In this document: positions 1 to 13,200 of the stretch, piece after piece
Position numbering within the stretch: the stretch's first letter is position 1
Layout of the letters: every line of letters starts with the position of its first letter
Assembly (NCBI GenBank): GCA_040954595.2
Contig: CM082582.2
Span: 6,060,303-6,124,302, forward strand
DNA length: 64,000 nt
Reading direction: 5' to 3'
Source of the DNA: Balanoglossus misakiensis
Taxonomy: Eukaryota > Animalia > Hemichordata
The notes under the pieces: generated by a model
Told to the model about the DNA's origin: nothing
Databases searched by the model: none
The model's input: only the letters and a program-made list of their open reading frames with translations
Translations under genes and position numbers: made by a program

Positions 1-181
1 AGTTGGTTAATGCAAACATTCCTTGATTCCCTTACAACATATTTTGTATTTGATCTCTCTACAGTCACAACCTCTTTGACGTCATAAGTGAAACAAAAAG
101 TGAGAGTCACTTGTCTTGTAAAATAAAAGTAAACAATACTAAGCTATACCCTGGTTATCCTTTTCACTATCAACAACAGTT

Positions 182-1855
182 CTATGTACAACTGACAACA
201 ATGTTAGTTACAATAAAATCCTCATAAAATGTAGAAAGTTTAGCTTCAGTTGTTTTCCCAAACAATTCATCGAAATATATCCTCTCTATTGAAATGGCTT
301 TTCTTGTGAATAACACAAAATCACACCATTGCAGTTTACAAGTAGCAAGTTGCATTTGTATTTGGGTATACCATTTTGATGTCCTCCTCAAACACACTTT
401 GCCATCTACATCCAAAAATACATGGTATTTGGGAACTCTAGGCTTGATATATCACATGGGAATATATTGCGGTGTTTGCTGGAACATTTGATTTCACACA
501 TTTAAAGCTGGCAATGATAGTGATTTTACTAGCTATATTGGAGAATCTGTATCAGAAGCTGATATTGATTTTATGTCATCACTGACAGCTGATCAAAGAG
601 ATTATGAGGATTGGTATTTGTATAGACAAGGGAGCGTTACTGCCAGTATTGCACATGATATCCTTCACATGAAAGAAACTCGGGATTTGAATGACTACAT
701 AGTCCAAAAAATTATGTCTGGCAGTCACAGGACAATACCTTCAACCCACATTGATTGTGGTATTAAACATGAACCTGTTGCTAAGCATTTATATCATGAG
801 CAATACAAAAAGTTGCACCGGAAAGTGAAATTTCAAGATGTTGGCTTAGTCATCAGTTCTGACAAGCCATATCTTAGTTCAAGTCCTGATGGGAGGGTAT
901 CATGGGAGGACATCAAATGGCACCTGGATAATAGTTGGACACAGTTGGTCTTGGTGTGTCAGGCTCAGACTTATCCTTTCTAATGTCAAGCTCATCTATT
1001 TCCATAGGAGTGGACTCTCTGCGGGGTTTATCCCACTTACAGGAACATCAGTACCAACTTGAATATTTCTGTCTTTGTGGCGTCTATCGAAGTCGTTGAT
1101 GCTAAACAACAATGCAACACAATGTTTGCATGTTCCATGCTCACTGTAAAAAAAATTCAGATACATGGTAAATGTTAACGCATGATTGCAGCTTTTTTGT
1201 TTATGCCTCTCTGCAGTGACTGTCAAATGAAAACTGAGGTATTCAAACCTAAAACGTCAATGCATCAAATGGAGAATGAAATCATATTAACTATTTTCAA
1301 ATATTATCTAATTTTGCAAATCCTGATTTACAGTCCTCAACAGCACTTTAAATTAGTCAACAGATACTGTTGGAAAAACATAGACAATTCTGTCAGACTC
1401 TACTGACAGTTTTCTCATCCAAACACACAGATAAAGCAAACCGAACTAAAAAACAAATGTCAAAATACATGTATAACCATGGTTATTTCAACCCACCATT
1501 TCTATGTACCTAGTCACACTGGTAGAACTAAAAGCCACGGTGGATTAAAATGATAAAATTTATATAAAAAAATACTTACGCAACACAATTACAGCCTCAG
1601 AAGAGAATGGAGGTCGCTGACCCACTCGGTGATCGTCGCCGGATCAGGCAAAGTGATGTTTTGGCTGGGTCGCGATTGTCTGCTACCGTCCGCCTTTTTT
1701 TGCTCGAAATTTCCTGGTCACCAGGCTCTAGTGGCCGAACGTCCAGTTCTATAGCTAACTCCACTACCTGAATTAGTCTATCTTTCCAGGTATTACAACA
1801 AGTTATACCTCTTTCCGACATAAACTTTCTCAGGTCAGGAACTTATGTAAACATG
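182..1855 (-). pseudogene. Decayed SAP-like/SWIM zinc finger + YqaJ (lambda exonuclease-like) gene, probably transposon-derived (KolobokP-like architecture), with its middle segment inverted
   Basis: Minus strand: VPDLRKFMSERGITC exon (about 1580-1855, in-frame stop near the start, donor GTAAGT); SWIM-like GTCKHCVALLF (about 1105-1140); EIKC (about 485-497); WYTQIQMQLATCKLQWCDFV (ORF 182-415). Plus strand about 501-904: WYLYRQGSVTAS...GIKHEPVA...GLVISSDKPYLSSSPDG, which are YqaJ motifs. Frameshifts and stops are present. Confidence 0.75.
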
Positions 1856-2023
1856 ACCTCATTCAGGACCGGAAGTGCAGTGATCCCAACTCGCACGCCC
1901 TCAGGCGACAAGAGTCTATGAACTTTCTACTTTATTGAGAACTCGGAACCCGCGAATTGATATGGCATTCCTCACACGCACAAGCCCCCGTGTTCACACT
2001 AATAGCTCCCGTTTGCACACATG

Positions 2024-2347
2024 TACATACGTACGTACGTACATACATACATACATACATACATACATACATACATACATACATACATACATACATACAT
2101 ACATACATACATACATACATACATACATACATACATACATACATACATACATACATACATACATACATACATACATACATACATACATACATGCATGCAT
2201 GCATGCATGCATGCATGCATGCATGCATGCATGCATGCATGCATGCATGCATGCATGCATACATACATACATACATACATACATACATACATACCTACCT
2301 ACATACATACATACATACATACATACATACATACATACCTACATACA

Positions 2348-2379
<32 letters not shown>

Positions 2380-2546
2380 CATACATACATACATACATAC
2401 ATACATACATACATACATACATACATACATACATACATACATACATACATACATACATACATACATACATACATACATACATACATACATACATACATAC
2501 ATACATACATACATACATACATACATACATACATACATACATACAT
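2024..2546. repeat. Compound tetranucleotide microsatellite (TACA)n with an internal (TGCA)n block and short (TACG)n
   Basis: Directly visible; (ATGC)n block at about 2191-2260. Confidence 0.99.
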
Positions 2547-2673
2547 AGTCGACTTGAAACAATTGATGCAAGATCATAAATATATTTTATTGCTAACTGA
2601 AATCTTCTGTCAACAGATCAATCACCATAAGGTGACAAGTCGTCTACGCGTCACATTTTTTCCAGTTGTACAT

Positions 2674-5600
2674 TTATTCACACGCGTAGACTTCAACTCG
2701 CATGGAAATATGACCGTGCCATGTCCTCGGGTAAAATCTAACGTACTGGGCGATGAAGGCGTTGTTGAAGAAATCGTGGTAGACAATCCTGTTCCTGTTA
2801 TAGTTCCCAGAAAACAACTGTAATGAAGAATATAATGTTCAATTACGATTGGGTGAATTGCTGCAGGATGATCAGAAATTAAACACATGCTTTCCATAAT
2901 ATCTTTCAGCATAAAACGAAATTGTGCTAAATTTGACGTATTCATAAAACATCCTATTCCATTTTGAACAGATGTCTGCTGGGTGAAAAATATTTACTGG
3001 GCCAGCTGGCAATTGCTCATACTAGTAACATGATGCCAGATCGTGATTTTGTCTGTTTCGAAAACCCCTGGAAGAAACAACGATTAAACAAAGACTATTG
3101 CACACGTATAAGAACACATTGACATGCATGTTATGTGCAAAACTGGGCAATGCTACTGGACGATCGTGATACAACATCCGTGAATTTGCATCTTTATTTA
3201 AATACGCGTTGATATTCATGTGGCCTGTACTATATAACCTTAATCGTCCCAATGCGCGAAAGATCGGCAATATGTCGCCGTAAATAAAATATATGGTTTC
3301 TTATTTGTACCATACCTTTATGTTTCCTGTAGAATCCCTCACATATTTCCAAGTAGAGTCGTCGATGTATCGTAACCTGTACGATTTCACCCATTGATCA
3401 GCATCACCACGTCCCTGAGAATTTTTAGAACACGTGATCTTTACAGGAATATCGTTAGCAATTTTTTGTCGAAATTGCTTGAGTTTTGGAGACGTGACAA
3501 ATACTCCAATGGCAAATGCAGCAAGGCATATTATACAAGCTGTTAACTTAGAGCTAATTACACTTGACGTAATTACTCAATCACATAAAAATGTTCGACG
3601 TGGGCTCCGAAAAAAGGGAAAAGAAAAAGAAACGGCACAGAAGATTCATTACCTGCGTTGCCACTTTGACAACTTTCCTGGTACGGCCGAGGTCTATTTG
3701 TAACCATTGTCCGAGTGTGTTATATCTGGATGCCCAAGACTCATAAGCACGATCGGCTCGGTGAAAATTTAGTCTTCCCCTGGAAGGCATGTATACTACG
3801 CTGAAATAGCTACTCGCAGTCATCTGTGCGTTTGGAATGGCGCCACTCTCAACACCGACGTCAGTAACTTTACAAACTGCACAGAAAAGTAGAAACCAGC
3901 TTAATTCGAGGTGTGGGTTCGAGTCTCTTACGGGTCGTTTTGCCTACCCTAAAAAATCATGGCTTCCCAAAGAGTACATTGGTACTTTTTTCAAAGTCAT
4001 CCTGCATAATGTCGAGAGTTCCGATCATGGTCAAGCAGACGGTCTAGATCAAGCTAGCTAGTCTTCTGTTTTGGCATCAGACCATTAATTAATAGTCAAC
4101 GGCAACATACTATCCGGACATTTCCCACCCCAATTATCACAGTTGTCGTACAAGAGATAGGTTGGTTATGAATCATAGGTTGGCTAGGAATCCGGGATGT
4201 GGGCTTCTATACAAGCGGCAACTTCCCTAAATTAGCTTTCACGTCGCTACAAAGCCTCACTGGGTCCAACCAGTTTCACGAATGACACGATCAGAAAGCC
4301 CCATTCAAAGCTCGTACTTACTTGTATCCTTTTCACAAATGAATCCCAGCTGAGTTGTGCAAGGACCGTCGTTCCATTTTGCATTCGAACTTTTGCGCAA
4401 ATGGGCACAGTGTTCGTTTTTTTCGCTATTATCAGGTTGCCCGGAACTCCAAGAAGAGTATGTTACCTGTTTGGGAAAAGTCTGCAATATCAGGAATGAC
4501 ATTCATCTCACCCAAACGCTGTTTCAACATTGTAAAATACTTCACTGTTTTCTCAAAATGCAGTCGCGCCTGTTTTCATTAAGCTTCCAGGATAAGAAAT
4601 TTACTCTTTGAAATAAACATTTCTCTGGTAAGTATTGACTTCAAAATCCCTAAAGCTTACATTAAATTGTATAGGGGAACATTTTGGCCTGTGTCACCTA
4701 TGTCCGTACCTATAGCCCCATCACTCGGCTGTATACGGATCGTCGAGTTTATTGCCAGCGTCGGTTCTATCTATAAAAAACACTTAATTATAACATTTGT
4801 GAATGGTTTAAGTACATTTTCGTCAAAATCAGTCATGCTAGTTCAAATAATGTAAAAACTTACAAGTGTTCCATCTTCCCACTTCCACGTTCCTTCATTT
4901 TCAAGGTCGGTTGCTCCAATCCACAGATTCCTGTGCAGTTTCGTGTAGCCTGGAAAAAAAACATTCGAAGGGCATCTCAAATCAGTCGTCGCTTTAATCT
5001 TCATCCTTCCTTTATTCATTCAATGACGGCAACTTTGTGAAGGTACGTGGTGGAGAAACATACATACCAGGCAGGAAAATATTCAAAAAACGCATTTTTA
5101 AAGCTTCATGAGCTTTGTAAAACTACACGTATATACGAGTCGACAAAGCCACTTTGATGAGACGCAAATATAATCCAGACGATTTGTTGTAAAAAATTTC
5201 CTACCTTTCAAATACACTTGCTCTTGGTCGTTGTTTATTTTCGCCAACATTCCACCAAGACCCACGCAAAACGTTCTCGCTTCTTGGTAAGTGTAAATTT
5301 CGTCTCCGTACACGTAGTAGCACTTGCCTTTATATTCGTCCCATCCATCTTTACAAACTGTAAAGTTAAACATAAAAGAGATTGTTTCATTTAGTCACAA
5401 TCGCCGACCCAGATCTCACGAAGAAAAACGCATAGTGAGATAAAGAGATATGCAACTTAATGTGCAACAGGACATTCAATTCGATTATTGAGAAATCATG
5501 ATATGACAGTGTTACGTTCGATAACATATGCTTACTCGTAGACAAATGCAGAACACGAGTAAAAAAAAATTCTCAGTCTAAATACTTACGTTGCTGCTGC

Positions 5601-5683
5601 TGTACGTGACCGTCACATTTTGAAAAGTTTAACAAGGAATGCACAGAAAGGAGAATTACAACGATCAATTTTCTTTGGAGCAT
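2674..5683 (-). CDS. Secreted protein: signal peptide + C-type lectin domain + F5/8 type C (discoidin) domain; 7 coding exons
   Basis: Exons 5683-5590 (MLQRKLIVVILLSVHSLLNFSKC signal-like), 5357-5205 (CKDGWDEYKGKCYY), 4949-4864 (LWIGATDLENEGTWKWEDG), 4466-4322 (WSSGQPDN...HCAH...WNDGPC...FICEK), 3876-3653 (GVESGAIPNAQMTASS...WLQIDLG), 3414-3316 (GRGDADQWVKSY), 2817-2674 (YVRFYPRTWHGHISMRVEVYACE*). All introns GT-AG and phase-compatible. Confidence 0.9.
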
Positions 5684-7516
5684 TTCCGACACTGTGATCG
5701 TACGCAAAACGTAACCACTCTTGCGGACCGCCTGGCTTTCAAACGGCTTTAAGGCCAACTCGCCAGTCAGGTGTGTCTTTTATAAGACTTCAATCGACGG
5801 CGTTTTAATGACAAAACACAGCGAGACAATTTTAATAATAACTTGGCAAGTTAATATTTCGCTATTTAATGTGTACTTTTTATATTTAATTTCATGTTAT
5901 ATGGTGGAAAAGAAAACGCCGCCCCGTGGCCAAGCTGTTTGTGCTTCACCGTTTTCCGAAATTCACTAAATTTTGTTCGCTCCATGACCACGGAATTATT
6001 AGCTTTCTACCTTTGACTCCAAATTTTATCACCGCTCGTCTGGAATGACTCACCTGACAACGATGGACTGTCAAAGGTCCCATGTGTGCACAAGCAGCAT
6101 TATTATTGTTCGAAACTTTATTCAAAAACCGGACTTGAGTGCCTTTGACTACAACAGAACCGTACACATATTAAGAATGACTTATTGACTGTCAGTGGTA
6201 ACTCCATGAGTATAATAAAGTAGTTGTAAATGTTGCACGCCCTCAATGATACAACTGAGAGAGCCTGGATAGTACTCGTACAATCATACTTTGGAACAAA
6301 CTGATTAAAATCAGATTGACTTTGGAAGTACAGGTATGATTAGTGGAGATTTTTTATTTAGTTGCAGCTGGGCTCATGGGGCTTTAACAAGTGAGCATCT
6401 GGAGAACTGGAACGTCACCCTCTATAGAGATGTTCAGTCTCAGAACAAAAGGCTAGGCCGAGAATCCGAAGCCCATGCGTTTGCAATTAAGTCACACAGA
6501 AGTAAAATACACAAGTGCTCCCAGTTGTGTTCTTGAACATGAACTTGAAGTCTCCTTCGTCACTCGACGCAGATCTTTCCATTCCTAAAACTGGACGACA
6601 TAACACATAACTTTCATTACTGAGTCAGTGCAGAAAATAAAATTATTTGCTAACTCATTACTCAATACGCTTGAATGAATAAGGCTCAAACACAATTAAC
6701 AGTATTGTTGGTTTTTATCAACGTAAATTATCACCATACTTAGCGGCCTTTTGTGAACCTGTTTGTACGTACTCCTATTTATAGCTCATCTAAGATAAAA
6801 GGAAAACAAACATATATAGTATATATGGATAGTAGTGTGTAGTTCACTCTCATTTACAACAGACTTGAAAAATGATTACAATTAAATGGATAGTTGACGT
6901 GTTTTTCATGTAAACGGTAATTGCTCACACATAGTGATGGTTCAAACAAAGGGATTCTTTTGTTCAACTATAAAAAAGGCAATTAGCGCAGAAATCGGTG
7001 CATTCTGTTGTTCGTAACCACGGTTACCCCACGCATCTGACAGTACCGTGTTATTTGTCAGTCACGGTGCAACAACTCCACTCTTGTGAGACACAATTTT
7101 TTGACAGTGACAGAAAGACTAAAACACATTTGGTAGATAATGGGATGTCTGATAAACTTATAAATGATGTTACTTGACAACACCGATATTTTGTAAAAGT
7201 TAAAAATTAGAAAACGCACTTACCACTTGCACACTAAAATTACTACAAATATAATCAATGCGCATAGCTTTATTGCTCGAAGCAAGTCGCATGTTTTTTT
7301 AAACTTTTTTTTCCGGTATCACACGAAGACCACACCGTTTTCAATACTCTAACTTGTGCTCTCCGCTTATCATGTAAACTCCCTCCCGGCCCGAGCTGCT
7401 GCATGCAACGGGTAAAAAGCTTGGCGTTAATCCCTTTGCGATTCCTACTTCAATGTACCTTGGTGTATCATATCACACTCTCTGTGTGCGTCAAGTACAA
7501 TATACAAGATTTGTTG

Positions 7517-7576
7517 CATTGTATTGTATTGTATTGTATTGTATTGTATTGTATAGTATTATATTGTATTGTATTG
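7517..7576. repeat. (TATTG)n pentanucleotide microsatellite
   Basis: Directly visible. Confidence 0.95.
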
Positions 7577-7826
7577 CTCAATAATGCCATAAGCTTATAG
7601 GCATATATACTTGGCAACTACTCTAAATAATAATATAATGTCCCCCTTTTACCAGATGTCCATTCTCACCACTGCCACCAGTCTAAATACATCGCTGGTC
7701 CCGGCTTAATTTTCCCCCTTTTGAGCCTGTTTCAAACTGATAAAAGTCACCGAGGTTTGAAGTAGTGTGAACAACTGACAACCACCACTTTATCCACTTA
7801 AGAAAAGCCTATAATAGAATCATTAA

Positions 7827-9744
7827 AGAGCATATCTTGCCTTTTTAAATCTTATCAGAAGGTTAAAAAATGTTCAAAAGAAATGTACTATTTTCCAAAA
7901 GTGACAATATTTTTCGGGTATCGATTTCTATTATATTTGTTTTGTTCTCATAAAATGCTTCAAAATCCACCCCGTCCTGAAAAGTCCGAGTTCAGATTTG
8001 CTGCATTTTGGTCACGTGACGTGACGTCACAAGAGGAACCGGTCAGGTAGACCAGCTTTAGCGATGCTCACAGGTGTCATACGGTGTTTTCGTGCTTTTC
8101 TGTGTAATACCACAATGGGAAAGGGAGTTGTTTGCCGTGGTTACAGCAACACATTACCTAGACGGGAGTCACCCGTGTGAGTTCCACAAAAACGAATGAA
8201 AGTCTATGCCACGATCATCAACATCGTACGGTGGATATGAAGCCGGCGCGGCGCCGGTGACGGCCGCGGCCGTAACTGTCAATGCATGACCGTTGAACGA
8301 TAATCGACCAGGTTCGAATCACGAGAAGACAATCCCCACCCATACAGGAAAATAGAAGCCTGTCAGCAGGAGAGGTCGACCAACAGATCGTTTATACCCG
8401 GTATTGGTGTTCATACAATGTTCCAGCGACCGCGATTTACACAGTACTGTAGACAAGTAGTAGTAGGTGAACTGGCAGGATGCGTAAACACAATTTTGCG
8501 TTGGCCGACATCATGTTGAGATTGTTTATTATTATTCACGCTTCCGTCTGGCTAACCGGTACCCAGTGACCAAACTACGATAATTAAGGTTGACAGCAAT
8601 CGTTGTAAAAACTTGAACGTTCAAAATATTACCGTTACTATTTCACGTTTTTTTCCCAGTCGTATCTTTGTATGGCTTCGGCTGAATGGTCGCCATCTTT
8701 CTTTTCTAATTTCTTTGTTTACAAGTTTTACGTCGCGCTATGTCCGACTCATCGACTTCAAAACACACTGTACAAATTTTGAAACAAAATGTGTTGAATA
8801 AATTTTGCCTCGTGTGAGTGAAAACCGTTTCCAAACTAAGATATTCGTGTGTATCAATGAAAATGTTTCATGCTTTGTGAGCGTGAGTGGGTCGGCCTGG
8901 CATGATCGCCTGTTGCTGTTGGCTGTATGGTTTCATTTTGTTATAATGCAGTATGAAGCATGTCAAGGAACTTCCATGATTACAGCGACAAGTCATAAAT
9001 GTTTCTGTTTGTCATCACCAAAAAGGCATAGCTTACATGTAATTCAAAAGACAGAATTTTAGTGCTGGTAGTAAATATACATCGCGGCGCGATATGTGTC
9101 ATCGCTGCCGATCGGCGCTGATGGAGTTCCCTTGACCTTGTACAATAACACACGCGTATTTTGTCTGTTGAGGCAGTCATTGAAAATCGCCAAAAAGACC
9201 ACAATCAGTTATCAATAAGTTGACATTGTCCAAGATAAGTAGATTTAGTCCCAACAATCTAGACCTAAACCTCTGGGCAATATTCGACAGTTTAATCGAG
9301 GCAGCAATCATTGTATGTGTAAGGTGCCTATACACATCCGCTGCCATTGCATGTTGTGTACTAACCGGGCCGAGTTTTTTTTTTCATAATCGCATCTCCC
9401 CTAGATGATATGGTAGACATATGTACGTTTATTTTGAAGGGTACGGGGGATACAGAGTTGTACCCAGGCTGACACAGCAAAGCCGTTTAGATCACAGGCA
9501 TGTATGGTTGCTATTCAACCACTGCAATGTACAGTGCTAAGTCTGTTGCAAACGTAAATGGGTTCCTCTTGTGACGTCACGGAAATGGGCGTGGCCAAAA
9601 CAGAACTTTTTTCTCAGGTCCTAAACATTTTTAAATTTAACATTTATTTATCCATATGAAATAAGTAAAAGGACACCAGCATTTAACACACAAGCCCAAT
9701 TATTATTTATCCTCAAAAGTGTGTTTCAATGTAAGATAGGCTCT
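7827..9744 (+). mobile_element. Non-autonomous Kolobok-like DNA transposon, about 1.9 kb
   Basis: TTAA flanks at 7823-7826 and 9745-9748. Termini AGAGCATATCTTGC / GTAAGATAGGCTCT (14-bp TIR, 2 mismatches, AG...CT). Perfect subterminal inverted repeat GTGACGTCACAAGAGGAACC (8021-8040) / GGTTCCTCTTGTGACGTCAC (9561-9580). Decayed THAP-like start MGKGVVCRGYSNT at about 8115. Confidence 0.8.
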
Positions 9745-10245
9745 TTAATTTCGTAACCTTCATTGTAAGCCGTGATGACGTTTGACCCTCGGGTTCGACG
9801 ACTGTCACTTGAAGAGTGACCGCCGCGCACTGCCAAAAATGCTGGGTCCTTCGCGCACACATTATACGTTTATAATTCAACGTGACGTTTATGTCTGAAA
9901 AAGCCGTTCCTTCTGTTGCACTGTTTGGTGCTGAAAAAGGTCGAAACGTTCTGGTATATCTATAACGGTCCACCGGTATATCCCAGCATGGGGTCACTTT
10001 CTACAAGAAGGCGTGAATCGAACCCACCCTTTACCATAATGGTAGAATCAAAGACCCCATGAAAAGTCTGTGACGTCACAGGTTTGTGTGTTGCTAGGAG
10101 TTCATAACATACCGCTGCTTCATGAATATCTAATTACGTACACCTTGTTGCACGAATGTCCCGTCTTCGATCCTTTACACAATTCCTGTAAAGTTTACCA
10201 CATTTCCCCCCGTATTTGACTAGACTGTAGTATACAACCGGTACA

Positions 10246-13200
10246 ATGGCGGATGCCGGAGAATCGTAAGTAGTCATGAATGTGGCGTGTTTTGATGTTG
10301 TCGGTATCAAGCAGACGATTTCACGAAGATGGTAAACTAATTATCTGTACTAATGTTTCTTCTTTCAGGGTAAAAGTGGCGGTGAGGGTCCGTCCTTTCA
10401 ACCAAAGGTACGTTGATATTTCTGTATTTGATTTTCGAAGACCGTAGGCGTGTTGCTTTGTGTTGACAAATTGTTACAGGAATCTTCAGCTGAAATATCT
10501 TCTTCTGATTTTTTGTCCAGAGAGAAAGATAGGAACGCCAAGTGTATTATCGATATGAACGGAGCCCAAACCCGGATACAGAATCCAGACGCCCCAAGTA
10601 AGTCTACATTGCACTGTACACACCACGCAGCTTTTAAAACTGTATTGTACAATGCACTTTATAGTGCACTGTCACGGTAAACAACAATGCATAGTACATG
10701 TACACTACTACACTCACTACAACCAGTAATATTGAAGTAAACTTTGTGTGGAGGGGACTGTGTCAACAATCCCCTTTGCACAATTCAATTAAAATAATGT
10801 AATGTACAAATGCTACTTGAGATTGATCAAAGTCAATGGAAAAAAAATAACTGAGAGCTGTAGATTCCCAGTATAGATTGAAGATGGGGTCGCTATGGTT
10901 ACCAGTGAAAATTGTGTATGACTACACACCCATTAAATACTGCTCCCTGTCTACAACTACATGTACAGAACTACAACATCAACTTCGCCTGAGGTAGATC
11001 ACACCACTGCACCGTCATTGTTGAAACACTGTATGTCGTCATATCGACTATCGTGCAGTTATATAATCACTGCTCAATTATTTGACAACTGTGCGTTATT
11101 CAGGCCTTTGCACTGTTGTGGTTAAACTTGGGTGTTGGTCACTCTGGAACAGAGTAAAGTTTTCTTCGAGTTTTTGACGCACTGGGTGACGCACTGTGCG
11201 ACCTTGTGCTTGTTGTACTGTCGAATTTGGCGAAGGTCATTGACCCATGATCAGTTGGCTTACAACCATGAACCGATTAGCTCATTATACTGTAGAATTC
11301 ATATAGCCCTAGGCGATCAAGTTCCAAGATGACGATAAAAGTTTTGGAACTTCAAAATTATTTCTTGATTGTTTGTGATCTGATGAGTTTTAACCGCTTT
11401 GACTGATTTGGAAAATTGTCAACAAAAACAACCAAGTTAGTTGTCAAGGTTCTCTGCCACACCTAAGGGACCACAGATAATTGAAACGTGCACATGACAA
11501 TAAAACTAGTTGAGTTTGACCTCAAACACCCCACCACTCACCGAAAGTTAAGGGGGGGTGGAGTGCAAGAGGAGGGACATTATGTCTTCTTTGATGTCAC
11601 ACAAGCCATCAATATTAAAATATGCTGAAGAATTTAAGCTTTGAACTTTTACATACTATATAAAAATATAACACACCTGTAAAGGGCTTACAGACTTACC
11701 CAATACACCTGTTTCAGCGCAAGTAAAGAAATAACAGAAAAAGAGCAATGTGACATTATGTAAGTGTGCTGCAATCCCGCACTGAAACACAGCAACAATC
11801 ACCATGACTGACAACAACCATTGATTGCTAGTATGCATTTCGTCAGTAAATAATTCCCTCAAAAGTCAACATCAAAGAAGACATGTGGTGTCTTAATTAG
11901 AAAAGAATCTCTTTACCCACAGTTCCAGCTGTGTTCCAGTTTTCCTGTCCCACCACTGAGTCTATAAAAGACAATTACGTGAAATAAGACTACATGAAAA
12001 ACTCATCATCGAATAAAAAGTCAAAGGGAGGTTCTATTTACAGTTAGCTTTGCAGCTATAGCTACCACGAAGACATTGGCACACCTGCAAAGTGGGAGGG
12101 CACACTTGAAAAATAACGCTGATAATAAAAGCTTGACCTTTGCATGTCTGTGCCAAACCAAACTAACCTTTAGCAAGTGACCCATCAGTCTATAGTGTAC
12201 TTATAGCTAATGTGAAATGAACCAAAGTTCATAAAGTGATCAGTAATTTGTTAAACCAGTTCCTCTTTTATGTGGGTAGTGTTTTCGGCTGATCTTTTTA
12301 GCAATTTAGTGCTGAGTCTTTGCTCTTTAGGCTTTAAGCATTCGTTATGTAGGCATTGGGATGTTTTCTTGATGAGGCTGTTGTTTCTATCTAAGCGGTA
12401 AAGATCGCTCAAAAGTGTCCCAAATGCCCTAATGATGAATTTATTCTGCTGTTAAATCTCAAACATATACTGTTTTGTAAAGCTTTTCAATGAAGCAAAT
12501 AACAAGTCTAGACTGTAGATACAACAGAAAGTAAATAGCAAAGACCTGTTGCTGTGTAAAGGTCATACTGAAACTATAACACTAAGCCAAGACTTCCCGT
12601 TTCACAGTGGAGTTACAGAGACCAAGTGTTAGTGCCAATTGTGACACCTTTCAACACATAGGCCCAATAGAATTTATTAAATGTGAAAAAATTGAGATAG
12701 TCAAATAAAGACTCTGTATAGACCGGTGAATCCTAGTACTGATGGATAATTGGAATACAGTGTAATTAGACCTCAAAACTTGGATTCGAGGAAATTTCCT
12801 TGAGCAGTCCTGAACAATGAAACCGTTTAATGTGTCGTGAAGCACCATTTTGTCTTTTGGGACAAATTAAATGGCTGGCTTGATCATTTGTTTGATGTCA
12901 GGTATGTGCCACCGCGGTTGCTACAGCAACAGCAGTGACACAGATAGACTGAGTCAACTAATAGACTGGATGTGGGACAATAAATGCTATGTCAACATAC
13001 CATTCCATTTAACTGTTTCGAAGACAATAATTCATCTGGAGAGAGTCAAATATCAAGGCGCAGTGTAACTGTAGCAAAGCCATAGCAGGCAGCAATATGC
13101 TGAAATTGAAGCCATTAAAATAAAAAGCTCGCTTGAATCCAGGAAGCCAATACAGTTGAATGTGCGACAGGAGTTTTTATTTTCGCATTTTTTTGGCTCT

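Noticed and set aside
1932-2823. Many long ORFs (HTYI/MYVC/HACM repeats)
   Set aside because: Translations of a stop-free tetranucleotide microsatellite.
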